From Octopus vulgaris (taxonomy: Eukaryota): 64,000 nt of DNA. Position numbers and translations under genes: made by a program. The stretch covers positions 14,570,001-14,634,000 of the forward strand of contig OX597839.1 of the NCBI GenBank assembly GCA_951406725.2, read 5' to 3'. This document shows, piece by piece, positions 61,407 to 64,000 of the stretch (positions are counted from its first letter, which is position 1; each line of letters opens with the position of its first letter). The notes below the pieces were generated by a model. The model searched no databases, was not told the DNA's origin, and saw nothing but the letters and a program-made list of their open reading frames with translations.

Positions 61407-63533
61407 GAAGAAGAAGAAGAAGAAGAAGAAGAAGAAGAAGAAGAAGAAGAAGAAGAAGAAGAAGAAGAAGAAGAAGAAGAAGACGACATATCTCATGAAT
61501 TAAATGACTAGAAACTGCTTTCAACTAATTTCATATCCAATCATGCTTTCAGATGACTTGTCACGATACTGGGAAAGTGGAAGAGAATGAGAGAAAGGGG
61601 AGAAAAGGGAGAGAGAGATTGAGAACGTGAGAGAGAGATTGAGAAAGTAAGAGAGAGAGAGAGAGAGAGAATATATTATATTTCCTAAGCTAATAGCAAA
61701 AGCAAGGTTGCTCTAAGCTTTTGACATCTTCAAATGGTAAAATAACATTGAAAGAGTTAACAGTGTTATGTTAGAAACTACAATATAAAAAAAGTTTCCA
61801 AATTACATGATTAACACAAACACACACACACACATACACATATAGTAAAGTATACCAAGTATCAAAGATGTATCAACCATAATGTATAGTGTACATACAT
61901 TTATAGGTTATACACTTGAGGGGTTTTCCATTTTCATTCTCATACCACATTTCATTTACTTGCATACATTTTCACAAAAACACAAGCAGAAATTACGGAG
62001 ATGTACTCGCATAACAAGTGATTTTATCTGAGATCGTGTGCTGGAACGAAAACAATTGCAGCGTGGAAGGTGTTTGTAAGCCATTTAAGAAACACACAAA
62101 AGCCGTTTGATTCACTTTAACATTTAAGTTTAATTTGTCAAAATATTTTCGTTGCTTTGAGACCGCGACTTGTTCACTGACAAAAATCCAGATGCAGCAC
62201 AGATTTTTGTCAGTGAACAGGTCGCGGTCTTAAAGCGACGAAAATATTTTGACAAATTAAACTTAAATGTTAAAGTGAATCAAATGGCTTTTGTGTGTTT
62301 CTTAAATGGCTTACAAACACCTTCCACGCTACAAGCAGAAATATACACTTAAATATATATGCAGTGATGCTACTTTCTCCTTTCTTATTTTTAATCAGAA
62401 AAGTTCAGCTTCATCACAATAAGAAATTTCTATAAATGAAAGAATTAATTTACTGAAAGAACAAAGAGATGCACAAGAATGAAATCTTAAAACTGCTTAC
62501 CTTATTTCCCAAATACTGACGGGGAAGGCTGAAGTAGTAGACACCAGATGGAATAATGCGGTTGCCTGGAATGCTAAATTCTCGCTTGCTGACATCATAA
62601 GAAACCAATGAATCGCTAACATCTTCTGGGATTGTGTCTCCACGACGCCTCACAAGCTTCAAATTGCTACCCATGGTGATCTGAATATAGATTTAAGATA
62701 AATAATAAATAAATATATTCTATGCCTAATACAACAAGTTAGGGAAGAAGAAATATTTTATTTTACATCAATGATTTTAAAGATTTCACAATAGCAACAT
62801 GGTGTTTCCTAGTTTTGAGATGATGATGATGATGTACGTTTCTAACATAAGTCTAACAGCAAAGTAATGTAAAATATGAAGTGGATTTGAACTCACAAAT
62901 TGCAAGATTTATAGTTCAATACCATATCATTTTAGCTTTTTCATATTCTCAAAAGTTAAATTAAGACCCACTAACTTAATCACTCATTTAATCTTAGCTG
63001 ACTATTAATGATCAATAGGAGATTATACTTAAAATTAGATGGCCCGAACACATAAGCAATATGGAGCTATGGCAAAGAACAAATCAAGTTTCGATTAGGG
63101 AGCAAATATTTAAGAAAAAGTGGAAGTGGATTGGTAGAACAATTAGAAAAGACACACCAAATGTAGTGAAAAGTGCTTTACAGTGAAAACTGGATGGATA
63201 TAGAAGGAGAGGTAGGCCTAAGAACTCGCGGTGGAGATCAACACAAAAGGAACTAGAGAAAGGGGGACATTCATGGCAGAGTATAAATACAGAAGCCAAA
63301 AATTATGTGACATGGAATTCAACTATAAGTGGCCTATACTCCGCATTGGAGGGTGGGGTTAAAGGCATAAAGAAAGAAGGAGATTATACTGATGTTGCAC
63401 AAACTTACCCAAACTTTCTTCAGGTTGCTGCTGTTGCAACGAATTGATCGCTTGAAGCAGAAGCAACTCATACATTCCTCTCTGGAAACGGCAATGTCAT
63501 TGAAGAGTGGTGGAAGACAAACGCCTTTCTGTC
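1365..63533 (-). CDS. HSPG2: Perlecan (basement membrane heparan sulfate proteoglycan core protein), internal part: domain III (3x laminin IV/B + laminin-EGF) and start of domain IV (Ig repeats); 39 exons, partial at both ends
   Basis: Manual splicing of 39 GT-AG exons gives one frame with compatible phases (5005 nt). LamB motifs (LPxxYLGNKLTSYGGxL, VEECxCPxGYxGxSCE) occur three times with LE repeats, followed directly by I-set Ig domains; this order is diagnostic of perlecan/UNC-52/Trol. Confidence 0.95.
1666..1783 (-). CDS. HSPG2: perlecan Ig5, C-half: [39 protein letters not shown]
   Basis: 118 nt, AAG acceptor. Confidence 0.93.
2000..5510 (+). mobile_element. tRNA-derived SINE (head ~2000-2165, tail ~5282-5510) interrupted at its central microsatellite by the RTE element
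   Basis: Head and tail match the two halves of the intact copy at 16300-16696. Confidence 0.7.
2166..5281 (+). mobile_element. 5'-truncated RTE-clade non-LTR retrotransposon (RT C-terminus 2168-2857) with tandemly amplified 3' region and (GAT)n tail
   Basis: [39 protein letters not shown] motifs; ~6 repeated units over 2860-5100; ends in gatgatgat. Confidence 0.9.
6012..6160 (-). CDS. HSPG2: perlecan Ig5, N-half: [49 protein letters not shown]
   Basis: 149 nt, phase 1-0. Confidence 0.93.
7130..8214 (+). mobile_element. Internally deleted piggyBac element with decayed transposase N-terminus (~7409-7885)
   Basis: TTAA TSDs at 7126-7129 and 8215-8218; TIRs CCCTTTCATTAC / GTAACGAAAGGG; acidic N-terminus then [24 protein letters not shown], typical of PGBD transposases, with stops/frameshift. 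Confidence 0.85.
8420..8878 (-). mobile_element. Two tandem tRNA-derived SINE copies with (AAT)n tails
   Basis: Repeated gaaaggatgaaaggcaaagtcgac..ggaatttgaactcag core, also seen at 35811 and 57870. Confidence 0.75.
8993..9859 (-). mobile_element. 5'-truncated RTE-like LINE (second family), RT C-terminal half, (TGA)n tail
   Basis: ORF 9005-9880: [22 protein letters not shown]; 8-bp TSD aacatgca at 8985-8992 and 9860-9867. Confidence 0.9.
10021..10161 (-). CDS. HSPG2: perlecan Ig4, C-half: [25 protein letters not shown]..
   Basis: 141 nt, phase 1-1. Confidence 0.92.
10334..11319 (-). mobile_element. Putative non-autonomous Helitron
   Basis: On the minus strand: 3' CTAG preceded by hairpin ccatcc-aaa-ggatgg; putative 5' TC at 11319; A|T insertion site within TA repeats. 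5' boundary uncertain. Confidence 0.5.
11470..11613 (-). CDS. HSPG2: perlecan Ig4, N-half: [39 protein letters not shown]
   Basis: 144 nt, phase 1-1. Confidence 0.92.
11790..11921. repeat. Single-arm copy of the foldback element at 61994-62330
   Basis: attttgtcagtg..aaatattttg..tttaaatgttgaagtgaat..aaatggctta matches the right arm at 62202-62330. Confidence 0.8.
13049..13306 (-). CDS. HSPG2: perlecan Ig3 (single exon): [39 protein letters not shown]
   Basis: 258 nt, phase 1-1. Confidence 0.93.
13536..13872 (+). mobile_element. RTE 3'-end-derived repeat (SINE-like), (GAT)n tail
   Basis: Shares ggtggcacgtaaaaagcacc units and the ggaagggcatccagctgta..catgctagcatggaaa 3' end with 4800-5281. 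Confidence 0.8.
15035..15206 (-). CDS. HSPG2: perlecan Ig2, C-half: [14 protein letters not shown]...[11 protein letters not shown]
   Basis: 172 nt, phase 0-1. Confidence 0.93.
16300..16696 (+). mobile_element. Full-length tRNA-derived SINE
   Basis: A-box-like tggctgtgtggtaag, B-box gggttcagtccc, central (TG)n; same family at 54820-55205 (-) and 63706-64000 (+). Confidence 0.85.
17178..17281 (-). CDS. HSPG2: perlecan Ig2, N-half: [34 protein letters not shown]
   Basis: 104 nt, phase 1-0. Confidence 0.9.
17531..17570 (-). pseudogene. 3'-truncated U2 snRNA pseudogene (first ~40 nt)
   Basis: Minus strand ATCGCTTCTCAGCCTTTTGGCTAAGATCAAAGTGTAATAT matches the U2 5' end; flanked by a 15-bp direct repeat agaatagtaattaaa (17510-17524, 17592-17606). 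Confidence 0.85.
17620..19410 (+). mobile_element. Old, heavily decayed RTE LINE related to the 2166 family
   Basis: Remnant motifs FVDLEKAFD (~18166), HQxSVLSP (~18303), YGHV and RGKPKKTW (~19240-19340); boundaries approximate. Confidence 0.65.
19606..19878 (-). CDS. HSPG2: perlecan domain IV, first Ig (single exon)
   Basis: 273 nt, phase 1-1; [28 protein letters not shown]. Confidence 0.94.
20211..20272 (-). CDS. HSPG2: perlecan exon, end of domain III: [20 protein letters not shown]
   Basis: 62 nt. Confidence 0.92.
21777..21863 (-). CDS. HSPG2: perlecan exon LE: [28 protein letters not shown]
   Basis: 87 nt. Confidence 0.93.
23116..23478. mobile_element. Putative Helentron-associated (HINE/DINE-1-like) non-autonomous element
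   Basis: Subterminal inverted motifs acctccgccaagg ... ccttt..ggtagaggt and an (AAAC)n tract. Confidence 0.45.
23822..24676 (-). mobile_element. 5'-truncated RTE LINE copy (same group as 2166), (GAT)n tail
   Basis: ORF 24491-24673 [15 protein letters not shown] closely matches 2231-2857. Confidence 0.88.
24857..24984 (-). CDS. HSPG2: perlecan exon LE: [42 protein letters not shown]
   Basis: 128 nt. Confidence 0.94.
26040..26388 (+). mobile_element. RTE 3'-end-derived repeat
   Basis: Same units and (GAT)n tail as 13536-13872. Confidence 0.8.
27282..27398 (-). CDS. HSPG2: perlecan exon LE: [39 protein letters not shown]
   Basis: 117 nt, AAG acceptor. Confidence 0.92.
27592..27822 (-). CDS. 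HSPG2: perlecan exon LamB-3/LE: [32 protein letters not shown]...[16 protein letters not shown]
   Basis: 231 nt. Confidence 0.94.
28371..28454 (-). CDS. HSPG2: perlecan exon LamB-3: [28 protein letters not shown]
   Basis: 84 nt. Confidence 0.9.
29017..29112 (-). CDS. HSPG2: perlecan exon LamB-3: [32 protein letters not shown]
   Basis: 96 nt. Confidence 0.93.
29369..29810 (-). mobile_element. RTE 3'-end-derived repeat
   Basis: catcatcgtttaac..catgggttggatgg..cccttcctaatgccaaccactcc units. Confidence 0.78.
30167..30463 (+). repeat. Local ~300-bp direct duplication of 29128-29438
   Basis: Near-identical sequence from aaaagataaatagtaatgtttg to ggcaaaccag, differing mainly in (TA)n length. Confidence 0.92.
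30908..31099 (-). CDS. HSPG2: perlecan exon LamB-3: [12 protein letters not shown]...[13 protein letters not shown]
   Basis: 192 nt. Confidence 0.92.
31742..31882 (-). CDS. HSPG2: perlecan exon LE: [47 protein letters not shown]
   Basis: 141 nt. Confidence 0.94.
32878..33183 (-). mobile_element. tRNA-derived SINE (distinct family)
   Basis: 12-bp TSD aaaaggtttgtt (32866-32877, 33184-33195); tRNA-like head ggcacatggcctagtggttagagcagcagactc. Confidence 0.8.
33424..33506 (-). CDS. HSPG2: perlecan exon LE: [27 protein letters not shown]
   Basis: 83 nt. Confidence 0.93.
33661..33980 (-). mobile_element. tRNA-derived SINE nested inside a probable TTAA-type MITE (~33624-34183)
   Basis: 12-bp TSD ctgtcaaatgta (33649-33660, 33981-33992); related copy at ~50748-51068. 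Confidence 0.8.
35364..35422 (-). CDS. HSPG2: perlecan exon LE: [19 protein letters not shown]
   Basis: 59 nt, follows a 119-nt intron. Confidence 0.92.
35542..35628 (-). CDS. HSPG2: perlecan exon LE: [28 protein letters not shown]
   Basis: 87 nt. Confidence 0.94.
35811..36040 (+). mobile_element. tRNA-derived SINE (ggcggcgagctggcagaa family)
   Basis: B-box gagttcaaattcc; further copies at ~46525-46880, ~53345-53970 (cluster) and 57870-58106 (-). Confidence 0.8.
36850..37085 (+). mobile_element. 3' fragment of the 8993-9859 LINE family
   Basis: tttgctggacattgttgtagagctg..gtcgaacaatgatga matches the reverse complement of 9000-9230. Confidence 0.85.
37411..37538 (-). CDS. HSPG2: perlecan exon LE: [42 protein letters not shown]
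   Basis: 128 nt. Confidence 0.94.
37928..38190. mobile_element. Putative Penelope-like/retrozyme remnant in (TA)n, forming a perfect 97-bp-arm palindrome (37928-38125)
   Basis: Exact inverted repeat around a 4-nt loop AGCC; hammerhead-like motif at 38029-38091; (TA)n on both sides. Confidence 0.6.
38415..39685 (+). mobile_element. Full-length mariner transposon (irritans-like) with pseudogenised transposase 38582-39612
   Basis: TA TSDs; perfect TIR CGAGGGGCGTTCAATAAGTAATGCCCCTGACCCACTT; WIPRLL, TQDKTW, QDNA motifs; stops, frameshifts and loss of YSPD. Confidence 0.95.
40554..40667 (-). CDS. HSPG2: perlecan exon LE: [38 protein letters not shown]
   Basis: 114 nt, GLYLGxC motif typical of perlecan. 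Confidence 0.94.
40804..40888. repeat. (TAT)n(GAT)n(AAT)n compound microsatellite
   Basis: Directly visible. Confidence 0.9.
41203..41568 (+). mobile_element. Non-autonomous Helitron inserted into a SINE
   Basis: 5' TC after A, 3' CTAG before T; terminal hairpin at 41529-41569; SINE sequence resumes on both sides. Confidence 0.75.
42045..42153 (-). CDS. HSPG2: perlecan exon LamB-2/LE: [36 protein letters not shown]
   Basis: 109 nt. Confidence 0.93.
43316..43434 (-). CDS. HSPG2: perlecan exon LamB-2: [39 protein letters not shown]
   Basis: 119 nt, TRExLLMALA..IxIKATY motif. Confidence 0.93.
45286..45369 (-). CDS. HSPG2: perlecan exon LamB-2: [28 protein letters not shown]
   Basis: 84 nt, canonical splice sites. 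Confidence 0.9.
47305..47397 (-). CDS. HSPG2: perlecan exon LamB-2: [31 protein letters not shown]
   Basis: 93 nt, SYGGYL motif. Confidence 0.93.
48053..48235 (-). CDS. HSPG2: perlecan exon LamB-2: VGYPFNND...[13 protein letters not shown]
   Basis: 183 nt, LamB motif. Confidence 0.93.
48555..48888 (+). mobile_element. 3' fragment of the 8993-9859 LINE family
   Basis: [26 protein letters not shown] nearly identical to the 9005-9880 C-terminus; (TGA)n tail. Confidence 0.9.
49398..49538 (-). CDS. HSPG2: perlecan exon LE: [47 protein letters not shown]
   Basis: 141 nt, NPxGCxxCFCMG motif. Confidence 0.93.
49728..50160 (+). mobile_element. Dong/R4-like (restriction-like endonuclease) LINE remnant within (AAT)n
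   Basis: [25 protein letters not shown]-terminal motif; (AAT)n tracts on both sides. Confidence 0.65.
51304..51371 (-). CDS. HSPG2: perlecan exon LE: [23 protein letters not shown]
   Basis: ttccag acceptor, gtaagt donor, 68 nt, CDxRGS motif; phase-compatible. Confidence 0.87.
51824..51880 (+). ncRNA. Minimal type-I hammerhead ribozyme motif in a ~320-bp microsatellite-embedded element (~51727-52045)
   Basis: Helix I ATCATG/CATGAT, core CTGATGA, stem II (A)GGA..TCC(C), GAAA, short helix III ACGCAT, cleavage site UA. Confidence 0.65.
52668..52816 (-). CDS. HSPG2: perlecan exon LE: [49 protein letters not shown]
   Basis: 149 nt, LE pattern. Confidence 0.93.
54531..54652 (-). CDS. HSPG2: perlecan exon LE: [40 protein letters not shown]
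   Basis: 122 nt, LE pattern. Confidence 0.93.
54820..55205 (-). mobile_element. Full-length tRNA-derived SINE (16300 family)
   Basis: Reverse complement of 16300-16696. Confidence 0.85.
55264..55474. mobile_element. 211-bp piggyBac-type MITE
   Basis: TTAA TSDs (55260-55263, 55475-55478); TIRs CCCTTTTGTTA / TAACAAAAGAG; right end resembles that of 7130-8214. Confidence 0.7.
56101..56211 (-). CDS. HSPG2: perlecan exon LE: [37 protein letters not shown]
   Basis: 111 nt, laminin-EGF Cys pattern. Confidence 0.93.
57579..57687 (-). CDS. HSPG2: perlecan exon LamB-1/LE: [36 protein letters not shown]
   Basis: 109 nt, VEECxCPxGY motif. Confidence 0.93.
58475..58617 (-). CDS. HSPG2: perlecan exon LamB-1: [47 protein letters not shown]
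   Basis: 143 nt, TREEFxxVLxNL motif. Confidence 0.92.
59481..59564 (-). CDS. HSPG2: perlecan exon LamB-1: [28 protein letters not shown]
   Basis: 84 nt, tag/gtttgt, same size as the paralogous exons in repeats 2 and 3. Confidence 0.9.
60968..61060 (-). CDS. HSPG2: perlecan exon LamB-1: [31 protein letters not shown]
   Basis: 93 nt, phase 0-0, SYGG motif. Confidence 0.93.
61289..61486. repeat. Compound (CAA)n(CAG)n(CAA)n(GAA)n microsatellite
   Basis: Directly visible; intronic. Confidence 0.95.
61994..62330. mobile_element. Foldback element with ~129-bp inverted arms (62060-62188 / 62202-62330)
   Basis: Few mismatches between arms, 13-nt loop; 12-bp direct repeat acaagcagaaat at 61982-61993 and 62331-62342. 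Confidence 0.85.
62501..62680 (-). CDS. HSPG2: perlecan exon LamB-1: [15 protein letters not shown]...[13 protein letters not shown]
   Basis: cag/gtaagc boundaries, 180 nt, LamB motif. Confidence 0.93.
63030..63377 (+). mobile_element. 3' fragment of a third RTE LINE family
   Basis: [29 protein letters not shown]; 13-bp TSD aggagattatact (63017-63029, 63378-63390). Confidence 0.85.
63409..63533 (-). CDS. HSPG2: perlecan exon (LE start, domain III-1): [41 protein letters not shown]
   Basis: ttttcag / gtaagt boundaries, CxxCFCF motif, 125 nt. Confidence 0.9.
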
Positions 63534-63705
63534 CTGAAAATGGGGGAGAAAATAGAGTAACATTAGAAAAGATGAATAAAAGAACAGTGATAAAGAACGT
63601 CTAACCAATGGTATTTGATATGTAACAGTTGAGAGACATCGAAGTAGACAGAGGAAATTGATTATGTTGAATGTGGATGACACTTGTTTAATACTTTCAC
63701 AAAAT

Positions 63706-64000
63706 GCAGGAGTGGCTGAGGGGTAAGTAGCTTGCTTACCAACCACATGGTTCCGGGTCCAGTCCCACTGCATGGCACCTTGGGCACGTGTCTTCAACTA
63801 TAGCCTCGGGATGACCAAAGCCTTGTGAGTGTATTTGGTAGATGGAAATTGAAAGCCTGTCGTATATATGTATATGTATATATATGTGTGTGTGTTTGTC
63901 CCCCCAACATCGCTTGACAACTGATGCTGGTGTGTTTACATCCCCGTAACTTAGCAGGTCGGCAAAAGAGACCGACAGAATAAGTACAAGGCTTATAAAG
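63706..64000 (+). mobile_element. tRNA-derived SINE (16300 family), cut by the window end
   Basis: Sequence match to 16300-16610. Confidence 0.85.

Noticed and set aside
61175-61524. polyQ/polyE, polyC and polyS ORFs
   Set aside because: Translations of an intronic trinucleotide microsatellite; flanking perlecan exons join in frame without it
1365-63533. Laminin alpha/gamma chain as the gene identity
   Set aside because: Three LamB modules followed directly by Ig repeats, with no coiled coil, fits perlecan rather than laminin

Overview
AT-rich, repeat-dense animal genomic DNA, most likely a coleoid cephalopod (Octopus-like; inferred from tRNA-derived SINE, RTE, mariner and microsatellite content). 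The whole window lies inside one minus-strand gene, perlecan (HSPG2/unc-52/trol orthologue). I reconstructed 39 consecutive GT-AG exons (63533 down to 1365; 5005 nt, one uninterrupted frame, about 1667 codons). They encode domain III (three laminin-IV/B modules with laminin-EGF repeats) and the first ~5.5 Ig repeats of domain IV; the gene continues past both window ends. Introns hold RTE-type LINE fragments (one with a ~6-fold tandemly amplified 3' end), a decayed full-length mariner, piggyBac derivatives, Helitron-type elements, a Dong/R4-like remnant, many SINEs and a truncated U2 snRNA pseudogene. Most notable: (i) minimal type-I hammerhead-ribozyme motifs in microsatellite-embedded elements, one duplicated into a perfect 97-bp-arm palindrome; (ii) a perfect 25-nt antisense copy of a perlecan exon inside a template-switch mosaic in a downstream intron (candidate editing-complementary sequence); (iii) several intronic hairpins and inverted repeat pairs near exons; (iv) a GC-rich unique island with a candidate 12-nt microexon. 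Most entries in the supplied ORF track are spurious.
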